Origin: Pelomyxa schiedti
Taxonomy: Eukaryota; Protista; Evosea
NCBI GenBank assembly: GCA_020536535.1
Contig: JAHLWZ010000183.1
Coordinates: 55,818 to 119,817 of the forward strand
DNA length: 64,000 nt
Reading direction: 5' to 3'
The first letter of the stretch is position 1, and each line of letters starts with the position of its first letter. Both the position numbers and the translations under genes were made by a program. Positions 40,401 through 53,548 of this stretch are shown piece by piece. The notes under the pieces were generated by a model. It worked only from the letters and a program-made list of their open reading frames with translations, did not search any database and had not been told where the DNA came from.

Positions 40401-41097
40401 ACCAGAAATTCTGCCATGCCGAGTGACATCATAACCAATTTGCTTGCTCAAGCACTAAGTGCAGTGTGTCATCTCGAAAGAGCTCACATTGTTCACAGGT
40501 GCAATGGCACTCTCTTTTTCTTTTTCTTGTTAATGACTCAACAGGGACATCAAAGAAGACAATGTTCTTGTTGATCCAGCCACACACAAGCTTACCTTGA
40601 TCGACTTTGGAGAAGCTGAAGAGTGCACAGGTGATGACTTGGAGGCCACAATTGTGAGGACCGCAGGCCAAGTTTGGGGCAACACCGGGACCATGCCACC
40701 AGAGGTCAGTGTGCTATCACAGGACTTGGTGAGGATGTCCCGGGCATCCTGTGTGTTCTCGTACTCCAAGTGTGACTCGTTCTCACTTGCACTCACGTTC
40801 TACAACGCACTGCTTCCACCAACCAAGAAGTTCATTGGCCAGTTCAAACAACACATGAGCACATTCAACCCTTCTATGCTGCCACCTCTTGCTGCACAGT
40901 GGAACAATAGCAATGCCGCTGTTGCCTCCCCGGGACCAACACCAGCAAAAGCATATTTATCAGCATCAGTGTCATCAGCAGCAACACAAACAGAAAGAAA
41001 AACAACCAGTATGTTGCTGCTTGGAATGATGTCACCTGACCGCACCACAAGATTGTCTGCTTCTTATGTGCTCGAAACACTCAACACCAGTCTTTGA
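37464..41097 (+). CDS. Rho/Rac-like GTPase domain + K/S-rich repeat segment + coiled coil + PINK1-like Ser/Thr kinase
   Basis: GDEGVGKRT, AFSVVKPISFENVSAKW, LVGTQTDLR, KYMECSS. An in-frame splice SK|EIAETM leads into the kinase GSGSNAA, AMK, HRDIKEDN, DFG, MPPE. Confidence 0.78.
38142..39597 (+). repeat. Dispersed duplicated segment shared with 822-1375 (direct) and 63880-64000 (inverted)
   Basis: 38142-38560 matches 822-1375 at roughly 96% apart from 87-bp and 48-bp in-frame deletions. 39477-39597 is identical to the reverse complement of 63880-64000. Confidence 0.92.
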
Positions 41098-41220
41098 TGC
41101 AAAACAACACCCGTACAAAACAAAGAGAATCTCACATGTAGTTTTTACTGAATTACCCAAGTGTGAAGAGAACGGCTCATCTCCATTCCAAAAAAAAATA
41201 AAAAACCCAAAGGGGAAGGA

Positions 41221-42587
41221 ATGTTGGGTGTTGGTGGTCCGGGGATGATGTCGCAGTCTGCGACACCGGCGAATGTAGCGGTGGGTCCTGTCACATCTAC
41301 GACCACGTCTGCCAGCAGCTGCGCCATGATGACGACCGGCACTCCCATCGGCGTTGTGAACGTTACTCTGTTGAAAAAAAAGATCCACAAGGTGGTGTCA
41401 TCGCCCTCGCTGAGAGGTTTGTCTGTCTCGGTTTCGTTTCGTTTTGTTTCGTTTCTGTGTTTTGAAGTATGCATGCACCAAACGTACTACAAAGACTCTT
41501 TCCAAAGTGTGGATCCTTCTGTTGCAGCGCTAATAGAGCTGGCTCTGGAAGAAAGAATTCGGAATGTTTTTGTGGAACTGGTCAAAGCTTCCAAACACAG
41601 GTTCTTTTTCCTTCTGCGTGTGCTTGTTTGTAGGGATCCCTAACGGGTTTTCTTTCTTCCCTTTTCAAGGGCCGACTTGGAGCCAAAGCGCACATTCAGA
41701 ACCATTGAAATATCAACTCCCAAGAATGTTTTGATCGAATTACAAGAAGACGAAGAAAAGGAGGAGCGCTTAAGACAAGCCCGCCTTCAACAAACTCAGA
41801 GTTCCGCTCGTGCTGTGTGGGCTCATTGTTATTTTACCATCACTTATGGCTCATAGCAAGAAGATATAAGAAAAAAGTCTGAGCCCGAAGCAAAACACAA
41901 GTTGGAAGAAGAGGAGGAACTGCGTCGCAAGTATCTCACACTTTTTATTTGTCTAGTTTCACTTATTCCCGTTACTTGCTTTTTCTTTCCTTCAAATCAT
42001 ATCACACTGCCCTCGTCAAGTCAGAATGAACGCTTCAAATCAAGCGGCACTTCAAGCTGTGGGAGAAAGACAACGCAGGACATGTACGCTGATAACCATT
42101 GGTATTTCTTTAACATTTCAATCAGTATTCACAGAACGCGAGTATACCCAGTTGCAGAAGCTATTTGAACTGAAGAAAAAAGTACTCAGAAATCGATTTA
42201 CAAAGTTGACATAGGGCTTAGAATATGCCGTTAACAGCAGAGCAAGATAGACAGTATACACAGTTGCATACTCTCTTTGTGAAAGCGAGACAACAGCAAA
42301 TAAACAGGCTAGAAGCTGACCAAAGAAAAGCTGAAGAAGAGAGGAAAAACGTCTCTATGTTATGAAATAGACTCTGCCCTGATGTTCTTTAGGAAATGGA
42401 AGCGAGAGTCATACGACTAGTTACCCTCAACGATTGCTTGTTTTGCCAATACATCATAGGCCCGCAAGTCATACAGAAGTTCTTGCGTAAAAGAATAGGA
42501 AAGGTATTGCCCCGTGCACTTGTACCTATCCCTAACACCAGGTTTTTTATTTTTTTTTTTGCAGGCAGCCGCCCTCCAACAAGATAA
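41221..42587 (+). CDS. TAF4: TFIID subunit TAF4 (histone-fold)
   Basis: VDPSVAALIELALEERIRNVFVELVKASKHR, NASNQAALQAVG and ITLNDCLFC match the TAF4 HFD/CCTD. Confidence 0.78.
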
Positions 42588-42761
42588 ACAAAGCTAAGCT
42601 CCCTGTGTATTTGGGAATAACCAACAAAATACCCACCTTCAATCCATTTTTCACACCTCGCAAATTATTTTTTGCACATCAAAACAGTCCGCAAGCCACT
42701 GGGGAATAGAGTCGTTGCATGCTCCGGCGGTGGTTTGGTGACCCCACGCCGTACCCTGCCT

Positions 42762-43720
42762 ATGTCTCTGCCTACGGGTCGCGATCAATACAAGTTCGTG
42801 GTCATGTCATCAGTCACGGCAGCAAATGGCGCCGCGGTGGTTCTTCTCCACAACTGTCTGAATTGAGTGCGACCCCAGACTGCAGGCTGGGCAGAGTCAT
42901 GGCCCAAAGGTGGACATATATGACCGGCTGTTATCGCTGACATTGGTGGCGGCAGGACCAGAATTGGCTACAGTAACAATGAATTGCCACCTTTCGACAT
43001 CCTGTCTCTTCAATTATACCCGCCCATCTGATTTCTTTTTTTGGGGTTGGAGCAATATCATCAACGTCAAACAGTACTTTTTTCTTTCAGAGACCACATG
43101 GTAATCTCAGAACGGGCAAGCGCTATTGGCTCTGTATTCCACTGGAAGAACATCTGGCCTTGTTGTGGACTGTGGTGCATCATATATCACAAGAGCGGCA
43201 CCATTTTTTGAAGGTGCAAGGGCCATCAGGAAGTGAATAACTCCTTGGCTCCTCGGCCCTGATTTGATACAGTTTTCTGCTATATGCCCAATTTCACCGG
43301 AGCCAATGTTTTCCCCAATACGTATTGAGTACTTCCTCCAGAACCGTCTGGAGCCTGATCCAAAGGAACGTATACAAAGCATTTGCTATAATGCAATCAG
43401 CAGTTGCCAGACAGAGCTCCAAAAAGTGACTCCTCCCTGAAACTTTGACTATGACACGAATATCAAATCTGACCCACCTTCACCAAAAGTACTTGCTGGT
43501 GGAAACTCTCTTTCCAGTATTTCCAAGTCGAGTCACCAAAGAAATTAACCAGCTCTGGCACCAAGGTTTCCGCTATTAATCTAAAAAACTCTTGCCTGAA
43601 ACGAAAGCCACCAGAGGCAATAACACAGGTTTCTACTTAGGTTAGAGGCGTAACTCATCCCAACAGAGCCTATGCTTCTTGGCTAGGTTCTTCCCCGATA
43701 TCTTTCTTCGGAGGTTTTGT
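42762..43720 (+). pseudogene. Degenerate, internally truncated actin-like sequence, probably a pseudogene
   Basis: VIADIGGGRTRIGYSNNELP, QALLALYSTGRTSGLVVDCG, CPISPEPMFSP, VLAGGNS and YASWLG are actin motifs, but large actin segments are missing and the N-terminus has in-frame stops or frameshifts. Confidence 0.5.
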
Positions 43721-43947
43721 ATTTTTTATTTGTAAAAATAAAAATAAAAACAACAACCAGCCAAACACTCCAAACTGGCCAAGATGTATCACCAGGGAGC
43801 TAATGGAATCAGGGGACCCAGAATTGGTCAATCAAATGCTGACCTGGGCCAATGAAAAACAAAAAGATCTTGACCAGAAAGAGAAATGGGAGATTCGATT
43901 TCGGCGAATAAATAAATCACGGGCCGGATCTCGGCGTCCGCGCGAGG

Positions 43948-46820
43948 ATGGCTTTCTTCACCCAGTCCAATCCATTACTGCAACAACACCAACAACAAAG
44001 CGTACCCATTGACGAAGACGTTGTGCTAGATGGATGCGAAGATCCCGCCCCGACGACTGCTGCGGCAACTTACGTACCCACTTTCACGACGACTGCGTAC
44101 TCGTCGGCATCGTCGGCACCAAAAGCGACGCCGCCGAAGCAAAAGATGACGGCCGTTGAGGCATACAACCTCAGCAAAAAAAGTAACAGCAACGGCAACG
44201 GCAATAGCAATGGCAACGGTAAAAGTACCAGCGCAAGCAGAAGCAATGGGGATACTGCCGAAAATAGCAGTGGCGGGAGTGACGACGAGAACGAGAACGG
44301 GACGAGCACTTTGATGGACATGAAGTGGGTCGAGGATCCCAGAGGTTGGTGCCAATGTGGCTGCAGCGCCACGATGTGCGTTATTGTGGACACCAACTTC
44401 CTGCTGGATTCTTTCGTTACAGGAGGGGGAGGAAGCGGCGGCGGCGGCGGGAAGAAGGAGGAAGTTGGGGGGCTGTCGTGGCTCAAGAGGACCAAGGGGA
44501 AACTATGGGGGCACGTGTCTGCTGCGTCTCTGGTTTTGTTGGTGATACCTCTTGTTGTCGTGGGGGAGCTCGATAAACTAAAGGTTCCTCCCTGCGGGGA
44601 AGTCATGTAACTGGAAGACTGTTCTATCTAGAGCTTATTACTATTTTCAGAGAGCTTATGGAAAAGATCACTTAAGACGGACTATCACAGAGGTGAATCA
44701 CTACCTCCTTAAACTTCTCAAATCACATGATAATGACCTGAGATGCCAACGCATAAATGAGGATGATTTCAATGATAAAGTTTGTACATGTCATTTATAA
44801 TACTGCACTTACTTCTTCTGTGCCTTCTACTTTCCCCACTCTTTTGTTTAAAAAAAAAAAAGGGAACGTCTCCAGATGATGGAATCCTTCATTGTTGTCT
44901 TTGGTACAAGGACCATGTAATGGGGGGACATCCTTACAGTGTCGTACTTCTTTCCAATGACCGCAATTTACTTGTGAAAGTGCATGCCCATAAAGTGGGA
45001 GATGTCGACTCACTTCTCAACCCGTCCACTAGGGGTATGAATCTTAAATAGTTTTTCCCGCCCTCTTAAAACCCTGCAGCCCCAAACATACTCCCGAGTG
45101 AGCCATCTCCACTTTACCTGAGAAATGTTCCTGAAAAGACCACCAAACCTCCGGATGAGATCAAAGCCAAAGCCACACAAAGTGAGGATATACTAATGGA
45201 AGGAGAGACTGGAGAAAAGACTGGAGCAGCACCAACAGTCCAAATTCCTAATATCCCACCCCAATCACATCTAAAGGCACTGCCCCCTTCCTCATCACTC
45301 TTACCGCCTTCGCGGCCGGGCCTGTTACCATCCACTGCACGGTCATACCTATTACCATCCCCTTCACCATGCCCAACCCAAAATCAGTATCAGGTCCTTC
45401 CTTCCAGTACCCCCACCCAACTGGATAACAAACTTCTTGAGCAGTCATTCCTTGATAAATTGCACGAATTGGATGTGCAACAATCGGTAGAACGTCAACA
45501 ATTATGCCTGGCACAAGAGCTACAGAGGAAGAGTCTGCAACAACAATATCTAAATATACACCAAACTCCAATATCCCACCCTTCATTTCCAACGCAACCC
45601 GAGACATCTTATTCTGAAGTCAGCACCCTTGTTCAACAATTCCAACCTCAGGCAGTACCATCCCCAATGAACAACTTCCCTGAAATTCAACTGAAGGATC
45701 AAGTACAAAAAAGCAAGCCTTTGGTCAATATTTACTACCGTGAAGATTCGCAATCTCACACTTCTTCTAACTGTGATTCACACCAGCCTTCTTCACACAT
45801 AAATTACAGCGATACGCACAACCGTTCCTCTAACAGTGATTCACACCACCACTCTTCGGACAGAGATTCGCTCCAGCAGTCTCCACACGCATCTCACTTT
45901 GATCACTTCCGTCATAATCCACACCTCGGTAAACAATACGCGACGTATGCACCATCACAGCCTCCACCTCCACCTCCGCCTCAACCTCAACCTCAGCATC
46001 TGCCTCCGCCTCCGTCTTCGTCTTCGTCTTCGACTCATCCTCATCCTCATCCTAAGCCTAAGCCTCAACCTCAACTTCCACCTCAACTTCAACCTCAACT
46101 TCTGCCTCAACCTCAACCTCAACTTCTGCCTCAACCTCAACCTCAGCCTTACACCCCCGGAATTTCATCTGAAGTGCCAATTATGCAGTATTACCTTGCA
46201 AGATTGAATACAATCACAGTACTTCTAGTCACTGAAAATAAGCCTCTAAGTGTGATGTTAAGGATTTCAACTTGTATTACTCTGCACTCACTGAATTGAC
46301 TGGCATCGCTCTGTTTCAGCATTTAAAGGAAACATTTGGCCAGGTATGAGTATCTTTTCTGTGTGTCTTCCTTAGTGTACTTCAGTACCTCTCCAATGCT
46401 TTACCGAAACAACTGCACCCCCCATGGACAATGCCGGTAATCAAAAGGATTATGGATAAATTCCGAATTTCCTGTTTGAACACAAGGTTTGGGGCCCACA
46501 GTTTAGTTTAGCACCCAAATACAATCACACTAAGCTCCACACAACAAAACAGGCTGCAACCTGGGGCCATTAGCCTGTGTGACCGGCTTATTAGTCTTGC
46601 CAATGTCATACAAGCCGAGGCATTGTACAACATCAGGCTGTGTCCGCCACACCAGAGTCAAGCCTCACAACTCGCTGCAGTAAACACCCTCGCAGTCCAG
46701 CTTGTGCACTGCGTGGTTCCGCACGACCGATTGACCTTTGACCCCTGCACCGGAGACGTCACAGTTGCATTCGACGTACCAATTGTAGCGGATTTCCGGA
46801 CCTTCTCGAGCGACCCGTAA
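43948..46820 (+). CDS. SWT1: SWT1-like PIN-domain RNA endonuclease with a long Pro/Gln/Ser-rich linker
   Basis: VIVDTNFLL, IPLVVVGELDKLK, DDGILHCC and VVLLSNDRNL (PIN domain); C-terminal KETFG...HPPWT segment. Confidence 0.72.
45960..46146 (+). repeat. Coding microsatellite cluster (CCTCAA)n / (TCT TCG)n / (CCTCAT)n giving PQ, poly-S and HP repeats
   Basis: Directly visible tandem hexamers. Confidence 0.9.
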
Positions 46821-47228
46821 AAAGAACACCGGAGTTCAGCTCTGTTCACGTGCTTTTCTGTTAGACGAAACACTACTTTGTTGTCGGCCTAAAAAAAACC
46901 CCCTTCCAGTTCGCAAAAAAACCAAACACCAAAAACACCCACAGGCTACTTGGAGACGTACAAGAAACAAAAGTAAGCAAAGAACTTTCGTTGGCGATGG
47001 CAGCCTCGATGCGATGCCAAGCAGGTCATAGTTCCATGAAAATTTTCGTGGTTATTACCTGTTTGGCGTCGTACCGAGGCTGCTCTGCCATCCTTCCACG
47101 TGAGTGAGACCAGCAAAGTTGCTCTGCACGGTAATACTACACTAGGTTAATTGCTGTTCCTTTGTTTGAAAAACTCTTCTTGTTTGTTGTCACAAAATGT
47201 AGAAAACAAGAACAATACATTTTATTGT

Positions 47229-50200
47229 TTATTCTGTTTGTTGCTTTTCACAAATGGGGGCAAACATGCCCACAATTTCACTGAAATCGGGTCGCTCGCT
47301 GGGGTTTTGAGCCCAACACCGACACATCAAGTCCTTGGTAGAGGGAGGAATTCCATCTGGGACCGGAGGCCTTGTACCTCCACAAACAGCTTGTATCAAT
47401 CCTGTTTGCGTGTAAGAAAAGAATAAGCAGGGCCGAACCCAACCGTAGGTAGATTTCTGGTCGCTGTAGGCCTCCTGCTGCGTAATGATGCACCAAATAA
47501 GAACACCGTAGGAATACACGTCTGCTTTCCAATCGTATGCCTTGGAGCTCAGAACTTCTGGTGCAGTAACTACATGTGTGGTGAGTATCAACGCCCTCGG
47601 TGTTTTATGTGCACTTACATGCAAGTGTGCCCACACACGCTGTGTATTTGGCTGTTACAGAAACATCAGTGGCAATTCTCGCTGTTCCGAAATCACTTAT
47701 TTTGATATGCTGCTTGGCATCTGGCGAGAGAGTGGATATCAGTACCTTGGAAGAGTTAATCTCATTTAAAATGGGGGCAGTACATTTGCTGGTTTTAAAT
47801 CCCGATGGAGAACACGGTTTCTGAATTAAAAAGTTTTACAAAAAAACAAAAACGAACACGGAAAAACCTATGCAAGAAACACATCCCTTGGGCTATTTCC
47901 TCGGATATTCGCATCTTAGTTTTTTTCAGGAGAAAAAAAAAATACAGAAAAGTACCTTCATAGCCCAATCCAGTGTTTGCTTTTGAAGAAGAGAGTCCAA
48001 GTTTCCCATCTCCATCATTTCCTAAGTTGTAGTGAGCATAATGGGATAATACTCTTAGGAAAAACCATCACTATAAAGCAGTGTTCAGGGGAGAGACAGA
48101 AGCCATAAAATGTCCTGATAGAAGTTCTTAGGGATGACGACTTTGTGAAAGTTTACACAGTAAAGGGAGATCGCAGCATCATTGAAATCTCAATTTCATT
48201 TTCCACGCTTTCTCTGGCCGATTCAGCTCCAAAATACCAGGTGGGAAATGCCTTAAATGATGTAAAGTGAAGGTCATTTTGTGAAAGATGATACCTTTAC
48301 GGCAACATCAAAACCACGCCAGGTTGCTTTGAAGACCTGTTTGCAAGATCAATTGTATACAAGTGTTTAAACTCTACATTTCCTGTGGTTCCTTCCCCAA
48401 TTTTATCTCCTGATTTTGATAAGAGATAAAGAGCAACCTAGAGTATACCAAAGACTATCTCGTCAGCATCCAGCTTCAAAGACTGTTCTACACTTGCAGT
48501 GACGGGAAGAATTATATTAAAAGGAATGTCTAAAAGGTAATAAATAGGCATAAAAATGACGGGCATATTACCAGAACATGTTATAGTAACGTTAAAGGAG
48601 AGCTCTGCTGTGCATTTTGGAACAATGCGGAAGTGGAAAGTGTGACTCTCTCCCTAATATGGAATTGAGACAGTTAAATATAAGCTCAAATGGAAGTGCC
48701 TTGCCAATGTGCTTACTACTTGGTTCTATTTTCAAATCGTACTTGTAGACTTTATCTGGGCATTGGAAAGTAAACTCTCGGGACCGCTTTGATGTGTTGG
48801 TCAACACAATGCTATCGTGGCTCTCTTTATCCAAGGTAAGCAATTTGTCTTCAGTCCCAAATGTGATTTCTTTCTTGTCAAAAAAACAACCGTATTCCTC
48901 TCTTTCCCACGCAAATTTACTGGTAGGTATCAGTGAAAAAAAGATTGCCAGACAGAAGAAAGTACCAAATTTCAGAGTTTACCTGCGAGAGATCAGTATA
49001 TTTATACGGATTAGATCTCTTGTAATGCCGTAAAATAAGTATGGCAGCTAATCCTCCAACTAGAACAGTAACAATTGCAACACCCAAGAAAACAAGTGGT
49101 CCAACAATTGCTTTGGAGGAGTGACGAAGGTGAGTTAGCTTTCCACAAATTATGTACGAACCTAGCTGACAGTTGCGTGATATGGGATCGGTTACATCCC
49201 AGAATTGAGCACAGCGGCAGGAATCAAGACAACCATCACCCCCATCACTAAAAACGAGGTAGTATGAGAAAAGAAATGCTCAACGATACCATTCTTCATA
49301 TGTGTCCACAACACTATTGTTGCAAGCTGGGCACTTGATAAGCTTCTTTTAGTTAGTAGGCGGAAAATGAAACCTGGTCCACATGAAGGTTGTGGATTGG
49401 TGTATGGCGTGAACCCATCTTGGCAGGTGCAATCCTCCAGACAGTATACACCACCGTCACTATCAAAGTAATGAATCAAGGCTAAAATAATGAACCTTGT
49501 TACCACTGTTCAGGGATGACTGCTATGCCATCCCCACAGTCTAAATTGCGGTAATAAGGGGAAGTGAACAAGATCATATGTACCTGGAATGCAATCTACA
49601 CCATAAGGACCCATTATTCCCGAAGAACTGTATCCGGAGTCACAGTGACAATTCCAACTGCACCCCAAGCCTCCATCACAATCTTCTGAGGAATCAACAT
49701 AGTGGTTTCCGCAAACTCCTTTGCATGTATCGGAATTGACAGATAATAGGTTGTGAAAAAAACCTGGATTGACACATGCCGTGGTGCTACTGCACACTTG
49801 CGATTGATTGCAACAACCCCAGACTGTGGGGTTACAGCCTTGTTCCAGTGATGTACAATTGCAATCCGGATCCATTACACCACAGGAACAGTCACACCCG
49901 TCATGTGCGTTGTAGTTTATAGAAGCGCATGTCCAGCCAGGAACTTAACAAAGTCAACCAGTGCTTTGTTTATTATTTATTTTTGGAAGAACTTACTTAC
50001 ACAAAGGGCATCTTTACAAATTTGTCCTACACTGCAATTTGGGGAGCTGGGACCCACTCGATCACATGCTGGATCTGACACGCCACACATACAACTACAA
50101 ACATCATCAAAGTAGCTCTCATTACTGCATAGCCATGCCACCGGAGCTAGTAGATATGTTGGATCTAGTATCTTGAGGAAAGGGATATACCTCCACAAAT

Positions 50201-51542
50201 CCCGCTATGGCAAGACTGCTGGGAGTCGGGGCACCCATAAACAGGTTGTTCAACATAGTTGCCTAGTACGGTCAATGGAAACTAGATAAGGGTCAAAGTA
50301 CAATCAGGATCTGGAGAGCCACAGGAGAGTGTGCCACATTGACAGCCGTCACCACTGCCATAGTCACATCTTGTGCATGTTCCAGGAACAACTGCCCACA
50401 TGTAAAAATAAGTTTTTCTTAGTTTGTGACTACCTGAACAAGTTCCATTCCAAATACAGGAATGATCAAGAGAAGAGGCACAACCTACGATCTTAAAAAG
50501 GTGGGTTTTGTCTTAAATCTGAAAGGAATGTACGGGTAGCCGATCGTTATAGCAATCAAGATCGAACAATCCACATCCACAGTTGCAGTAATTCCCGTCA
50601 TTCCATTCAGAGGGATCGCAAGTCCATGCAGGTGGCAGTGTGTTGCTATCTTTATTTGGTGAGTGATTTCCCAGCCTCCACACACCACACCATGTATTCC
50701 AAAAGTGGAAGCAATTAAGCCCTTGAAAGGCACTCCATCTTGAGACCGCAGCCATAGTGGAGACCAGGCCTGGGAGCGATTCACACGGAAGTAGGAAGTT
50801 GCAACTTCCACTGTTGGAGTAAGCACTACGCCAGCCCACCCAACCTGGGTTTCATTGAGAGAAGGATCACAAAAATTAAAGCTGACGCCAACGAAGACTG
50901 TGTAGTCCCACACTGCTGCAATGGACTAAGCCAAGTAACACAACAAATGGCTGGCTTACTGAAATTGGCGTCAGAGACGTTGACAGACTCAAAATTTTCT
51001 CCAACCAAACTCAGACTAGAGAAGGGCAAACTGGCAGGGACTCCATTATCGTCCTCATATAAGGACAATTGAATTTTATCAGTGAGCATAGATGTTCCCA
51101 CAAAAATGCATATCTACGAGAAACCACCATTAAAAACAAAAGAAAAACTTGCAAACAAGGAGAGAAGGAGAGAAACCGAAGTAAACTTCCATGGAGGGTG
51201 AGGCACAGTGACAAGCTGCACCCACTCCCCACGCGAACCCGTGCACCCAACGGGCGGATCACAGCACTCATAATCCACGGTCAAGTAGTCTGGAATGGGG
51301 CAAACTATCGGCCCCAATGAATCCGGCGTAGATCTCACGCGATCCCTCCACCGATCTCGCACGGCGAGATCTTTCTTCGCAACATGCGTAGTTTCGTGTC
51401 GCGTTTCTACGTTGCTGCTGCCTGGCGTATTCTCGTGCAATTGGGTCTTGGCCGGAACGCACACCACCCCCAACTCCACACACATCATTATTAATGCCAA
51501 TGTCAGCCCGTAGATCCAACGACGACCCCGGAGCGCCGTCAT
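47229..51542 (-). CDS. Transmembrane receptor kinase (signal peptide, Cys-rich ectodomain, TM, juxtamembrane Ig-like region, TKL kinase)
   Basis: Signal peptide MTALRGRRWIYGLTLALIMM; repeated C-x-CG-xx-DPDC units; TM; GEGTTG, HRDLKPAN, SDFG, APEVL, DVYSYG. The 3' end may extend to ~46990. Confidence 0.8.
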
Positions 51543-51743
51543 TTCCGAAAACGCCAAGAAAAAGGAAATACAAGCGATACGAAATCAAAAGATGCCAATT
51601 TTTCTTGTTTCACAAAAAGCTGAAAATTGCTGGGCTGTTGTATCCAGATATCCTTGGACATGACAATCTGGTTGGCCAATGTTATGTTCACAGTGGCTTG
51701 GAGGGGAGCTTCCCCTCCATTTGTGTTCCAAAAATACAAGTGG

Positions 51744-53217
51744 TTAAAGGTGCTTGGAGGCAGAGGCCCATGAATTGTATGCAAATGATGTAGTAGTAGT
51801 CAGAGGCTTTCTTTGTAAATTTGACTCCTTCAGTGAGTGGGATGAGTTTAAGTTTGGGTGGTTTGTTTTGCTTTAGCAGAGAGGTGACTTACGTGATTTC
51901 TACATAACTTGCAAGTCAGGCAATCCAGATACTGTGCCCTTGTAGCCTCATTAAATACAACAAAAATGAGACCCAGAACAATGCCCTGGGAAGCATCGCC
52001 AATTGTCATAATACACAAGTACGCAGACGAGCAAAGGAAAGGTGGAACAGGATCGCACACATATTCCACAAGGCGATATATGAGACCTGGCATTCTACAA
52101 ATTACAAATAAAAGCGCGACCAGTGACAACTTAATAAGCCACTGGCGTGAGGATATTATGGAAGAAACTTTCTGATTTCAATTGGATTGCGTTGTTTAGA
52201 AAAGAAGTAGTTGTGAAGAAAAATATAACCTGATTCATCATAACAGTTCCCACATGTATTCTCCGGAGTCTGTATATCTCCAGAAGGGTTAACAGGTACA
52301 CCCCGAGCACGAAAAGAACACTAAGTGCAAGGGGGACATAGTAGCAAAGGCGCCATCCTTCATTTGTATCCGGGATGAAACACCATGGTGCATCCAGGCT
52401 GGGACCTGGTCATTTTAGTCCAAAAACTCCAAGTCTATGTGTTTACCTTCTTTTCCTTCCACGATAATGACAACGCATATTGGAATGGGTAAGCCCCAGC
52501 TTAGAAGGTGGAAGAAAACAAGAAACCATTTCTACGTTTCAGTCATTTGGTAGCTTAGCGGATGCACAGTCATACATCTTTATAACTCTGATTATATTCA
52601 GAATACTGTGTTAAGCACTTTCGCAATCTACGCAAGTGCATCAACACGTAGAAGGAGAGAGAACAAGTCCAACCAAATGATGTCATCGCAATATAAATAC
52701 CTTTTATATGATTCAGTTACTTCCCAGCAAAAATCCACAAGACTGAGTGGATCAATTCAAATTAACCTATGATAGCTAAAGCGTCACATAATGCTCCTTC
52801 ATCCATATTTGCTTGTGGCTGAACTGTACACATGAACAAGCCTCCTACTTCATAAAAGGGTACATAAAACATGCGAGAGTTGCATAGAAACTTACATAAA
52901 GCGGTGAGACTTAAGCAAGCAACAACGCTTCTAGAGGTAGACCTCAGTCGTTTGAATATTACAAACGACAAAACAACAAGCGTTCCTCCCTATGACGGTT
53001 TGCACGCGCATAGCAACATCGTATTATTTGCTGATTCAACAAGAATAGGCGTGCATACGAAGAAGGACAGAATACCGGTAACGAATGCGGCGTAAGATAT
53101 TGCCACAGAGGAGTATGCACAGTCACCACTCCCTGACGAAGATGCATTCCAGATCCCAGATCCAGATCCAGATCCGCTCGGTGTCGCGCTCGCAACCCCA
53201 CTCGACACCAACGACAT
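51744..53217 (-). CDS. 7TM GPCR of the cAMP-receptor-like (Dictyostelium CAR/Crl, Git3-type) family
   Basis: Ser/Gly-rich N-terminus and seven hydrophobic segments: SFGWT..LS, FHLLSWGLP, WCFI, LCYYVPL, ICRMPGLIYR, SQGIVLGLIF. Confidence 0.82.
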
Positions 53218-53548
53218 TTTTCTTTCGTTTTGGTTTTTTGCCGAAACCTCCCGAAAGCGATTTTGACGATTGACAGGCCGATCTCTCCTTGTGATTGGCC
53301 GGATGAGAATGCCATCGGCACGCCCCGAGGTCGTTGACACAGCGCTGGTGAATTCCACTGCTTGTGGTGTCCAGTCTCCGGGTTGCTCTCCCTGACAGGT
53401 GCTTGTTAACCCTAGATGGAATCCCCGGTTGGCATTCCGGCAGAGAAACAACGTGGTGAACACGTCTGATGGGTTGAGAATCTTCTCGGAACAACCAGGA
53501 GACCTCCTTTGATCCATCCTCTGAAATCCGTCTTTTCGTCGGGTATTG

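Noticed and set aside
42860-43030. TGA recoding (Sec or readthrough) in the actin-like frame, which has three in-frame TGAs
   Set aside because: The TGAs do not fall at conserved Cys/Trp positions, all other genes use TGA as a stop, and frameshift decay explains the pattern more simply.
45836-46207. (RL)n and (LN)n repeat ORFs in alternative frames
   Set aside because: Alternative-frame readings of the CCTCAA microsatellite.
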